Below are positions 38,301 to 48,600 of a stretch of 64,000 bases of DNA, piece after piece. The DNA lies in assembly GCA_030248215.1 (NCBI GenBank), contig JASANG010001519.1, positions 62,001 to 126,000 of the forward strand, given 5' to 3'. The translations under genes and the position numbers were made by a program. Source of the DNA: Enoplolaimus lenunculus. Taxonomy: Eukaryota. Below the pieces are notes generated by a model. That model made no database searches, was not told where the DNA came from, and saw only the letters and a program-made list of their open reading frames with translations. The first letter of the stretch is position 1. Every line of letters begins with the position of its first letter.

Positions 38301-39880
38301 ATTTCGGCTACCAACACAGACTGCGAATAATTGTGGAGAATCGCTACCTGGCTATACAGCGATTTGAGATACAGAATGACCCCTCCGGTTACCCAAAATT
38401 CTATTTTTGAAAGGAACCCAAAACACTTTGATTTTATTGTGCCAAAGCACAAATAGTTGCATTTTCGCATTTAAAACATTTAAGTCATAGTTAAAAAAAT
38501 TGTGGGTCATCCGCATTTACAACGTCACGCTATGTTAAAAAATTTTCCAGTCAAACAACGGTTAAAAATTGACCGACACCGAGACCAAAAGTCTCGGTCT
38601 CGGTAGGTTAGGTATCGGTCTCGCTTTTTTGACCGAGACCGCCCACAGTCCGAGACAAGCCAAATTCCAAGACTAGCCGAGACCGAGACTGTCCATCTCT
38701 TTCAGTTGGTACCAGTCCCGGCCCCGGATAAAATCATACTTTAACGTAACGTACCTGTGGTAGTATTGTCGTAATATTACATTGCATTGTATTCAATGTG
38801 TATGTCCATAAATCAGTAAACGACAGTCGTGTAACAGGATATATCATTGCCCTCGTTGGCTCACGAGTCACCCCATTCGTAAACACCCGCCGTACTTCAT
38901 CAACCAACGTGGCAAAATCGCGCTTCTAAACAATACAGACCAGAGTGCAACAGGTAAAAATAAATACCCAGACCGTAAATTTGACAAATCCAAAACCCGG
39001 AACCTGAATCTTCATAACATAGACCCGAACTTGGTCCAAAAATTTGTGAAATAAAACACATAAGGTTTTTACGACCAACCGATAAAATGTAACTTTTTGT
39101 GGTCCACGGCTTCGGAAACAGATATCAGAGCAACAACAGGAACCAAGCTTTACTGGAACAAGAACAGAAATTGAATTTTTTGCAGTAACCAGAACAAGAA
39201 CAAAACCGGAATTTGAAATAATTTTCATCACCGAATTAAGAGAATTTCCAGCGCTATGGCATCATCAAGTTTTGGAAAACATCAGATGATATTTAAACAC
39301 TTTATGAACAACACTTAACTAATTGCAAAACACGCATTTGAAAACATTTGACAAAGGTTCCAAAGTTTAAAAGAAAAAATTCTGTATTATTTATCTATTA
39401 AATTGCTTTCGATGATTTAACATCATTCACACAATTAAAAATCATTGCTTTAACTGTCAGTTACCATACACGTAGGCATGGGAGTCTCGGTCTCGGCAAC
39501 TCTCCATATTTGGCAGGTCTCGGTCTCGGTTTTCGAGTTTTATTTTGAAAAATATAGTGTTTTTGGGTTAATGTCCACGCCAAACTTACCCTCCCGTCCT
39601 TGAATTTAACACAAACAACAGTTTTAAATATGCCCAATTCATCCTCGTAGTCCATTTGATAGTGCGGAACACGTAATATTTCGTCATTACATGTATTTTC
39701 TGCTAGACACGAAGCATCCGTCAATTGCTTGGTGCATTCAAGCTGTTTACTGGTCAATGTTAGCGAGAAATGTGCATCGTCATGTGTAAACAGGCGTTTA
39801 AAATACTCAAACAGTGACGGCGCAACTTCCTCTTGCACCATACACCGCAGCTCAATTTGAACTTTTTGCCCCGCCTCCAT
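14344..39880 (-). CDS. Cellular RNA-dependent RNA polymerase (RdRP; nematode RRF/EGO family), ~22 exons
   Basis: Exons in transcript order: 39590-39880 (ATG MEAGQK), 38755-38925, 37296-37436, 36205-36251, unresolved exon(s) ~35.7-36.0 kb, 33463-33593, ~29813-30166, 28322-28617, 24460-25684, 23913-24227, 23079-23242, 22327-22651, 20995-21282, 20331-20617, 19577-19684, ~19050-19261, 18416-18707, 16618-16939, 16359-16479, 15927-16039, 15249-15463, 14344-14481 (TAA). Motifs: FLGWSNSQLRDHGCY, ARMGQCFTQS, SDGIG, PSAYQIRYRGCKG, LNRPLIMILDQ, TKNPC..GDVR, AG|SDLDGDEFAVIW, AVDFAKSG, K|ASAWYMVTY, SFPW. The donors near 19.05 and 29.8 kb are uncertain. Confidence 0.93.
14671..14740. repeat. Degenerate (TTA)n microsatellite
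   Basis: Run of ATT/TTA units in the last RdRP intron. Confidence 0.75.
17071..17210. repeat. Subterminal 33-bp tandem repeats of a GGTCTCGG-family MITE end
   Basis: Unit GGTCTCGGGCTCGGCAAGTCTCGGGATTTGTCT, two tandem copies plus a third after a spacer; the same motif family occurs at 34619, 38575-38700, 39480-39530 and 61255-61310. Confidence 0.75.
17404..18145. mobile_element. TIR MITE with 5-bp TSD, superfamily unassigned
   Basis: Perfect 15-bp TIR CTGGCTTCTCCACAG/CTGTGGAGAAGCCAG flanked by AAGAT on both sides (17399-17403, 18146-18150); second copy at 41747-42286. Confidence 0.88.
23079..23242 (-). CDS. RdRP catalytic exon (DLDGD)
   Basis: Reverse strand reads (G)SDLDGDEFAVIWFGNENYLSDPSAGSDLSLFFDHNELPEAFVKMKAPASEKNFD and splices in frame to both neighbours. 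It is absent from the ORF track. Confidence 0.93.
24460..25684 (-). CDS. Largest RdRP exon (core RdRP domain, N-terminal half)
   Basis: Lies within ORF 24455..25744; acceptor TTTTCAG before VRKVIVTPTR, donor GTTAGC after ALRK; contains SNRVVRKF, SNSQLR, SDGIG and QIRYRGCKG. Confidence 0.95.
26095..26171. mobile_element. Miniature TTAA-flanked palindromic element
   Basis: TTAA-GAATCGTTTGAATATTTTCCCATTTTT(T)CC-loop-GGAAAAATGGGAAAATATTCAAACGATTC-TTAA. Confidence 0.7.
26667..27045 (+). mobile_element. Young hAT-like MITE, 379 bp
   Basis: TIR CAGGGTGCAACCGGAATT; perfect 8-bp TSD ACTGTACC; near-identical to 32195-32573 and 41190-41574. Confidence 0.95.
29145..29322. repeat. GC-rich ~21-bp minisatellite inside a short TIR-like element
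   Basis: About five units like CGGTGCCGTCCGTCACCCGTG, bounded by TAGGGTTGCG...CGCATCCCCTA. Confidence 0.65.
31538..33180 (+). mobile_element. DINE-1/HINE-like non-autonomous Helentron with central tandem repeats
   Basis: 5' subTIR TTGAGCGAAGC, GTCY-type microsatellite (GTCCTTCCGTCTGTTCGTCC), tandem ~175/155-bp units, 3' subTIR GCTTCGCTCAA (33145-33155), hairpin GTAGT-CCC-ACTAC (33161-33173); no TSD. Confidence 0.82.
32195..32573 (-). mobile_element. Young hAT-like MITE nested in Helentron tandem repeats
   Basis: Same TIR as 26667; perfect TSD GTTAAAAG. Confidence 0.95.
33721..34114. mobile_element. hAT-like MITE (CAGGGTGCGACC subfamily)
   Basis: TIR CAGGGTGCGACCG/CGGTCGCACCCTG; perfect TSD ATAGTATG; relatives at 48067-48506 and ~27475-27855. 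Confidence 0.92.
34619..35144. mobile_element. hAT-like MITE (CAGGGATGGG / GGTCTCGG family)
   Basis: TIR CAGGGATGGGCGG/CCACCCATCCCTG; TSD CTACTTAT/CCACTTAT (7/8); inverted relative at ~38220-38700. Confidence 0.85.
35352..35545. repeat. Dispersed repeat with degenerate TTAGGC tracts
   Basis: GGCCCATGTAAAGATC...TTTTCTGTGGGACT...TTAGGCTTAGGCTTAGGAATATGCTTATA; homologous at 58232-58380 and, inverted, at ~14875-14990 and ~56460-56635. Confidence 0.65.
37865..38125 (-). mobile_element. Internally deleted hAT-like MITE (CAGGGTGCAAC family)
   Basis: Both TIRs intact, shorter interior, no TSD visible. Confidence 0.85.
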
Positions 39881-40489
39881 TTTCAACTGAATCCTCAGAT
39901 GGAGGGACCCTGAGCCGGTTAAACAATTTCGATATAAAGGGTTCAGCAATTAAGTTGTGTTCTTCATTAAAATTGACTAACATAAGTAAATGCAAATACA
40001 TAGTATATATACTTTGCCCTAAAATAGTGCAGGATATACGCGTGCATAAATAACGCAATTGACTTCCTGTTAAATAGCACAATTCCACCGAAATGGATTT
40101 GGTAAACGTTAAACTAGTTCAATCTGCATCGGTGATCGGTAAAAAATAATTAGGAATGTCGATGTGCAAATACCAAAATTTTTGCTGATGCCCATTACAG
40201 CTTTAGTACACCATGCTTAAAGAACAGATAGGATTCTACATTCAAACCCTGTTTGCCATAATAATGTAAAGATGTCCCAGTGTCACGGTTTAATTCTCCT
40301 TCCTTTAATTCTTCCACCCGGAAAAATTAAACCACTTTAATTTTTTCCACATACCGGTTTATTTATCCCCTAATAAACTCGCGGTTTAATTATTACCCCA
40401 GTATAATTTTTTCTCGGTTGAATTATACCAAAATAATGCTTCCCTAACCTTTGGTTTAACTCTTTTCGATAGGTATATACCTAAATATA

Positions 40490-41751
40490 ACCAGTCGTAG
40501 TGGGACTACATTTATTGAGCGAAGCTCGAACACACGTAAGCAATTTTCCTCTTACCCAAGAACCCATTAGTGCTGAAATTAGATTGCTTTAAACCCTAAT
40601 AATTAGTGAAATATTGTAAAAAGTCCTAATTTAGGCTTATTAACTATGCTAATATGCAAATTATCTATTAGCTAGCTATTCAATTATTGCTTTTAGACGT
40701 TTGTAAACAAATTATTCAGATTCCTCGCACCTAAAAACCCTTTAGTGCTGAAATTATATTGCTTTTAACCTTAATGATTATTGAAATAATTTAAAAAGTC
40801 CCAATTTTGCCTGGTCAATTAAGCTAATATGCAAATTAGCTATTAGCTAACTATTCAATTATCGGTTTTGAGGTTTGTAAACAATTTATTCAAATTCCTA
40901 GCACCTAAAAACCATTTAGTGCTGAAATTATATTGCTTTTAACCTTAATAATTAGTGAAATATTGTAAAAAGTCCTAATTTAGGCTTATACATTATGCTA
41001 ATATGCAAATTATCTTTTAGCTAACTGCTCAATTATCCGTTTTGGAGATTTGTAAACAGTCTACGCAGATTCCTCGCACCCAAAAACCCTTTAATGCTAA
41101 AATTAGATTGCTTCTAACTGTAATAATTAGTGAAATATTGTGGAAAGTCCTAATTTTGGCTTAATTAATTATACAAATTAGCCTGTAGCCAGGGTGCAAC
41201 CGGAATTACAATTTACCGGAACCGGAATTTGAAAATTTAACCGGAACCGGAACCGGAAAGTGAAAAATGCATTTCACCAAAAATTTCATTTTAATCTTAT
41301 TTTTTGCTCTATTATTTGTGAAATAACCTTAGTCGAACATAGATATTTATTTTATTTGTTGTATTTTAGATTTTCGTCGTCGACTGAAGTGAAATCCACC
41401 ATCAATGGCTTAGATTCGGAATACAAGTGGCTTTCTAAAGAGATTCTTAAACATTAGCAAAGTTAAAAAAACGGCCAAATTATAACACCGGAATTTTTAA
41501 ATCCGGTAAAAATTTACCGGAACCGGAAGGTGAAAAAATGCCGGAACCGGAACCGGAATTCCGGTTGCACCCTGCCTGTAGCTAATAAACGGCTAAAATT
41601 TTCAAACCCCAAACGAAGTTAACACCTCAGCATAATTGGCTTTCAAACAAAAAAGTTTATCAAAATCGGTTCAGCCGTTCCTGAGATTCTTTTCGGACGG
41701 ACAGACGGACATCCACCTTTCGACCCCCAAGAACAAAACATAAAACGCTTC
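40490..41751 (-). mobile_element. DINE-1/Helentron-like element, 5'-truncated, with nested MITE
   Basis: Reverse complement of the 3' hairpin and subTIR (CCAGTCGTAGTGGGACTACATTTATTGAGCGAAGC), ~175-bp repeats, and GGACGGACAGACGGAC microsatellite. Confidence 0.82.
41190..41574 (+). mobile_element. Young hAT-like MITE nested in a Helentron-like element
   Basis: Perfect TSD CCTGTAGC; the empty site GCCTGTAGCTAATAAACG is visible in the paralogous element at 54761. Confidence 0.95.
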
Positions 41752-42286
41752 TCCACAGTGGGGGAGCGGGGGGCCAGCACTTTTCGAAATTTTCATTTTC
41801 CCCCCGGCGAAAATTTTGCCGCCCCCAGGAAAGGCCCCCGGCGAATTTTTTGCTGGGGGGCCCCCAGCACTTTTCTAAGCCAGAAATTTTCAATGTTAAA
41901 ACATAAAGACCAGGACTTTTTTTGAGGCGGACATTCGGCAAAACCGGTAGTAACTAGTACAATTCAATAATGAACTGAAAAAAACACAATATAAAGACCG
42001 TTTCAGGGCATACAGCATTCGAAAGTACCTTGCAGCAACAAGTTCAACCCGCCTGAGCCTTATGATAAACCGAAGCTGTGACTAGTATATAAAATATATG
42101 TTAATCACAGTTTCAATTATAGATTATATATATTTTATATAATTGTGCTTCTTTCAACTTTTGGTAATGTTGTCAGTAATATTAGTTAAAATTTCTGGGG
42201 CCCCCAGGAAAACTGCCCCCCAGCAAAATTAGCTGCCCCGCAGGAAACGCCCCCTGGCGGAAATTTTCAAGCTGTGGAGAAGCCAG
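41747..42286. mobile_element. Second copy of the CTGGCTTCTCCACAG-TIR MITE (left tip lost)
   Basis: Colinear with 17404-18145; ends CTGTGGAGAAGCCAG. Confidence 0.85.
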
Positions 42287-43770
42287 ATATATTCAGCACC
42301 GTTGTATTTGCAATATACATTATATAAAAATACACTGCAATCATCGGGCACATTAATTGTGTACAATGATGTGTGCAATTCCAATGCATAGCCAGACGTT
42401 CAATATTAGGGAACGTTGTAGAATTTCAATTAAGATATTCTAAAAATCCTATATTTTTACTCCAAAAAGAAGAAAATGGGGGTTTTAACTTTATTTTTCG
42501 AATAAGAATATAATTTGAGACATTTCCATTTTGTTCAAACTAGAAACAATGATTTGTCTGCAAACGGTCATTACCAGAGTGACAACAAATGTTCGGATTA
42601 GGATTCGGCAAAAATTTGCGGTTCGGATACGGATTCTGAGTCGGGAAATATTAAAAGTCGAATCCAAAAGCAGAATCCAACAATGTTCGGCAGTATATTT
42701 TTTAATGTTCCGGGGCTAAGATTATTGCTTGCTGTAATAAAAATCCATGTCATAAAAATGCTCGAAATCTACATATTCACACGTATAGAAAGCTAGATAA
42801 ATCGCTTGAAACGTTAGCTTGACATACGATGTTGTTTTCTGCTTATATACCATACGACGCACAGATATATGTGTCGTGTCTGTGATGAACAAATAGCGGG
42901 AAATACTCATATAATCTTAATGTATTTTCACAATTAATTTGTACCATTTATTTAAGGTTACAAATCTCAGAACTGAGGTCGGGCATTAAAAAATTGATAA
43001 TTCCTGGAGGCATTATTCAAATTTTATTAAGTTGGTATCTGAAACAACTTGTACAACTGAGAGGAAAAAAGTACGTATACCTTGACTGTGTCAGGGAAAA
43101 CATACAGGGGAAGTATTTTATTGTGGCGGAAAAAAATTGAACTAGTATATATAATTTAGTCTAATTTGTTTGTGGTGGGGGGAAGAAGAATTAAGCGGTG
43201 TGAGGAATTATACCGCGAGCGGGAGAACAAACTGTTTCGGGACCGGGCCCCACCCAGTACCGCGGCCCGGAACACTAGAACAGGGCCAGAAGGTGCAGGG
43301 ACCGTACTGTCAGGACGCAACGGTAATTATAAAATACCTGACCCGGAAAGTTAAAAAAAATAACGGAACCGGAGCCGGAAAATAAAAAATACTTGTTACC
43401 GAAAACTTACTTAATTTAATGCTGTAAACACACCATTTATAATGTTAAAATCCTGAAACAAATGTATATAGTAGATGGAAACCTATGATGAATTATGAAG
43501 TATGACAAAAATTGAAAATTTTGGCAATACACGATCGAACAATTTAGGTGAAAAAATACCGGATTTATTACCGGAAACGGATAGTAAAAAATGCCGGATA
43601 TCACTACCGGAACAAGAATTCCGGTTGCACCCTGCATAGTTTACAAGAAAAACAATGTCGTAGTGCCTTCATATGCAACAGCAGTAAAACATGGAAGAAC
43701 CAAGATACATGTGTATAATGTTGAGGTTCTTATAGGGCATAAAACAGAAAAACTCAGCAGTTGATTGTGT

Positions 43771-43840
43771 GGCAGCGTGGCTCAGTGGCTAGCGCGCTGG
43801 ACTGATAATCTGTCAACCGAGTTCGAAACCTTCCGGGGAC
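43771..43840 (+). pseudogene. tRNA-derived SINE head or tRNA pseudogene
   Basis: A-box TGGCTCAGTGG, B-box GAGTTCGAAACC, loop CTGATAA; the acceptor stem does not pair. Confidence 0.55.
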
Positions 43841-44070
43841 GTGCCTCATTTTCAGCTGCTAACTCAAAACTAAGGACCGTCGTACCCTAGCCTACGCAAC
43901 TTATCACATCCGGTTCTTGTTCCGGTAACAAATTCAGTATCCGTATCCAGTTTATTCGTTCGCACCCTGGTAAATTCCGATTCCTGTTCCGGCAAAAAAT
44001 ATCAGTTCCTGTTCCGTAAATTTAATTCCTGTTTGTCAGAACTGCACGGTCGGGACGACCCGAAAGATAT

Positions 44071-44142
44071 GGCCACGCCGAGTATCAAACCTCGGACCTC
44101 TCGCTCGCGAGTCAAGCGCGCTACCCATTACACCACGCGGCC
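44071..44142 (-). pseudogene. tRNA-Ala(CGC)-like pseudogene or SINE head
   Basis: GGCCGCG/CGTGGCC acceptor stem pairs; A-box TGGTGTAATGG; anticodon loop CTCGCGA; aberrant T-loop (GTTTGATA) and one anticodon-stem mismatch. Confidence 0.6.
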
Positions 44143-45601
44143 GATAATATAATTTCCTCTGGTGGTATATGTGAACGAGTATGTATGTTTTAACATTACA
44201 CACTGCACATACACAAGGTACACCACGTATACCCACACTGTTCCGCAAATTTAGTTCTGGTTGTTGGCACGGTGGAAAGCTCGACTGGATTAAACCGAAA
44301 TCGGAACGGCAAATTTACACTCGTCGGGACCAAATTCAAAGATAAAGGATGCAGAATATATTTAAACACTGCACATAACGCGACATGCGAGAACCTTAAC
44401 ATTAAGGCACACAGCTCTGAACTTTCTCGATATTTCATCATTGCCAGTAAACTATCGTCATCCCAAAAGCTTCTTTTGATAAAGATTTATTAATTAGATC
44501 TTACTTAGTTGTTATTTAAATGTTGCCACTAGGACAATGGTATTCTGATAGAAATTGTTCCTATTCAAATGCTATAATCTCCAACAGCTACTTGGTCCAA
44601 GTTTGTCACTCCCCAGCCTAAACATCAAAAACGAATGACTCGATTGTTGTACATTTATGATTTTATGATCAATGCATCAAGATACACAAGCCCAATATTA
44701 ACTCAACTAGGTCTGAAATTCCAATAAATGCGCAGTTCAATGTCGAATTATGTCATTTCAATTAAAGGTTAGAATCACACTTAAGTCAAGTCTCTGCAAC
44801 CCACCCGATGACATAATTCGACTGATTGCCAACTTTACCGGAAATTAACCAAGTCAATAATCGACTTAATTCCAAAGCCGTCAACGCAATTCCGTAAATT
44901 AGGGGTAATCCTGTAGCTATTATATATACTTTATCTTAAAGTGTATATTAAAACGAGTTGCAATCTAGTCTCGTATCCTTAAATGTATATTCATAGCACC
45001 TATCACCAGATTGAAATAGGTTTAACTAACTGCTGCAATTGCAGATGTCAAAACTTGCACTCCCTGGTTCGATTGTTGCAAGACCTATCAACTGATTTGG
45101 ATAATTAATCTAGTAGTAGTGAACAAAAGATACTTAAACATGGTCACAAATTTGTGGCAAATTTTAAGATTCTGTCAAGGTGCACAGATTTCCGCCTGTT
45201 TAAAAAGATTAGTGATCATGGCAGTGACGAAAAGCTTTCTATTAACCGTGCCAGGTAATTGGTTCCAAATTGAGAACTCAAAAGCAAAGAGTGTTTTTAA
45301 GTTCTTTACAACCCTTTTGTTCTTAAGTGTTGCATCCTTTTTTTCTGTCATGGGAGGCCCTTTTTATGCCACGCTATCGGCAGGATATCCGACCGTAAAT
45401 TTGCAAATTGCCAATATCTGATCTTCAGATCTCGTTGATCCTAAATTTCACACCTTTAGTAATAATTCGTATGCACTATGTAACAATTTTAGTTGTGATT
45501 AATATGATTTTCTTAGGAATATTTTGCATAATACATGTCTAATGCTATCACATATAGATGATAGAAACGGAACCTGTTCCCACGTCAAAGAAAAGTGAAC
45601 T

Positions 45602-48600
45602 ATGAGAAGTGTACTGGTGTGTTCTGGACTAACGTCTATCCATAGAGTAAAATTATTCTACATCCCATTCTTGATTGCGGGAATAATTTTTACTTTTCTT
45701 AATATACATTATTTGCGATTAATGCAACTTGATTTTCAAAAAACGTGTCTACAAAACAGTATACGCCATGCCACGAAGAGTTCGTCAAATAATACAGCAA
45801 TACCACATGTTTGGGTGAGAGCCAAAAATGTAAGGATGCATTACGATTTGGATTTACTACAATTTTTATAATAATTTGCATTTGGGGCAACCAGTGGCCG
45901 ATCCAGTATCTCCCAATGGGGTTGGGCAAAATGTCACTGGTAACGAACTTATTTTTGTTTAACATATTGCGGACTGGGTTTATAAATCCACACGCAAACC
46001 CCAAATTATTGCAATAAAATTGACTGTGAAAGAGTACGACCTTTCAACTGAGATTAATAACAAATAAAACGGCATTGCAGCCCATCGAGCGTAGCACGCG
46101 ACAAAATTTGTTAACATTTAGCAACCTTGTGGTTGTTTTAAGGTTTGTATAATGTGTGAAGACATTAAAACAATCACGGGAAGGTAAAATAGTCTCAGAA
46201 ACTACAGGGGGTTTGACCCGTTCGCGGCTATGGCGACTCTCACAATTTGTGTGCGTGCACATCTGTTGTTAACCTGATTCCCAAATAAATATTTTCAGAT
46301 CATGCTGGGGGGGAGCACGGCCGGGGTGGCATCGTCCTCGGTGAAACTGAAATAACTAAAACTAATATTTTACAGCTCTGAACCTTAAGGGATTTGGTTT
46401 GCTGTATTGGCATATACAAAATTTTTAATTTCACTGCTCGCCTCGAAGAAATACCCCATTGTTTGCACATGTCGGCCCAGATTGTACGTAATTACTAACA
46501 GGTTTTTGAAAAAATAGTTTGGATTTAAACAACACAATTGGTTCCGAATCATAAGTGGTGAAATTATGGCTCGATATTACGCGGAGCTCACATACTGTTT
46601 TTACCTTCGCATATATAGGTTGAATACATACGTATAATGTATAAATAAAGATTATAAAATCAATGGAAATATTATTTTAGATTGAAAGCGGTTACTTGGA
46701 CCATGTTCTTAGAGTGTTTGAACGACTTGGTTATACAAGAACTGAAGACACTGACAGTTGGGAGGTGTTGTGGCATCACGATTATCCATTTATGGACGAC
46801 TTATTGAAACCTATACTGCAGAAGTTGAAACCAAATCAGAAGGTGTGTGTTGTATGAAAATGAAGGTATTGAAGTAACAATGGCTTTGAAATTATAACGC
46901 AACATCTTTAACCAATTTTGTTAAATCAATGTGGAAGCAGCTGTAGTTCTTCTTAACCTTTTGCTTGACACTGAAATAGCCTTGTTATGTTAATTTACAG
47001 GTCAATCACATTCCCGGGTCAGGGTTTTACACAAGCAAAGTAAACTTGGCAACAAGCAATATAACTCGAATACCACCAGCTTTTAAACTGCCTGAACAAA
47101 AGCGGAAGTTTAAACAGTTTGTAAGTTATTGATTATATTGTACGATACGTACCCTTGTATATTTCGCAGACGTGGGTGGAAACTTAATATGTGCCGAATA
47201 ATTTAAAATGGAGGCGAATCTGTAGCTCATAATGCTTGATAATGGCTGGGTTTCCGAAACCTTACTTAAGTAAAACGTTATACTTGGCATTTTAACAATA
47301 ACTTAACCAATTTTTTCTTTGTAAAATTGTACTTTCGTTCATTAAATACTTAAGTCACTGAAACCAATAGTTGCAGACTAAAAGCAGTCGATGACTTCAG
47401 AAAAAACTTAACCAAAAGTTCACTACTAATGCTCTCGCTGTTTTAAAATAGTGTTTAAAGCACAGAATTGTGATATGTGGCTCAACGATTTTGTTAAAAG
47501 CATAATGAAAAACGCATTCTTATTTTTATTTTAGGCTCAAAAGCATCCAGAAACACTCTGGGTTCAAAAAAGTAATAAACATCGCGGTATTGTGATACAA
47601 AAACCGGAAGGTTTGTGCTGTTCTAATCATTTTTCTTTATTTAGTGTGTATGGAACCAAAATCGCGCCAAGTCTATGATTTCGCCAGTTCTGAATCCTGT
47701 CTGAGTAACTGAAATATGGATCTAGACTCAGAAATGCCACTGCTAAAACATTCTGGAAATATATTTCAGTCAGTTCTCACTGCTGACGAACGGTTTGGCT
47801 CTTTTTATATTATTGATGTTTATGACGGAGCCAGACCAACAATATTAAACATTGTCATCCTTATAAGTTACCAGATTTCTTCAATTGTTATAACGAATCG
47901 AAAAGAAATCATAAATTATCGTCATTTTTATGATTTGACGAGCAGTGCAAAGTTATGTATATTCTGAATTGCGCTGATTTTTAGATTTGAATCTCGAAGA
48001 AAAAGAATCTTTTATACAAGAATATATTGCGAATCCAATGCTGATCGACGGCAGGTACCCAAATATCAGGGTGCGGCTGGATATTAATTTACCGTATACG
48101 GATATTGAATTTTTTACCGAAACAGGAACCGGATACAGGATATTGTATATGAAAAAATTAATTTATTTTTCGTTGTATTTTTAGCGTCATCAAGGTTTTC
48201 ATCTGTTATAAAGTTTATAATTACTGCTGATAAACGTAACTCTTTTAATGCAAAAATCCGTTTAACTCTTGCTCGCGGAGACAAGCTAAAAGTAGCTGGT
48301 AAATCATCAAAACTTGAATTTCATAACTTGCCCAGAAATGTAATCGCAGCAAGAAGTTAAAGACGCTCACTTGTAAAAAGCTGTTTTATGATATCCGGCA
48401 TCACAAATGTAAATATGTGGCATCCGATAGCTTTGTACCGGAGCCGGATACGGAAAGCAGTTTTTGCCAGATATTAAACCGGAACCGGATATCCGATCAC
48501 ACCCTGCCATATATTACTGTTCAACATCTAAAATCATAACATTTCCGACTTAGCTAGATGGCTTTTTATCTCAATTAGACGATCGCACATCAATTTCGGT

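Noticed and set aside
14344..39880. RdRP as an endogenous viral element
   Set aside because: It has ~20 spliceosomal introns and the DLDGD double-psi-barrel motif of cellular RdRPs, not the viral GDD palm motif.
43771..44142. Functional tRNA genes
   Set aside because: Broken acceptor stem in one and an aberrant T-loop plus anticodon-stem mismatch in the other; kept only as pseudogene or SINE heads.
44971..44982. U12-type 5' splice-site-like GTATCCTT (also ATATCCTT at ~10850)
   Set aside because: Neither is at an exon boundary of the reconstructed genes; all resolved introns look U2-type.
46299..46345. GC-rich stretch after a TTTTCAG in ttll-15 intron 1 as a cassette exon
   Set aside because: The nearest donor would shift the frame, and exons 1 and 2 already join in frame.
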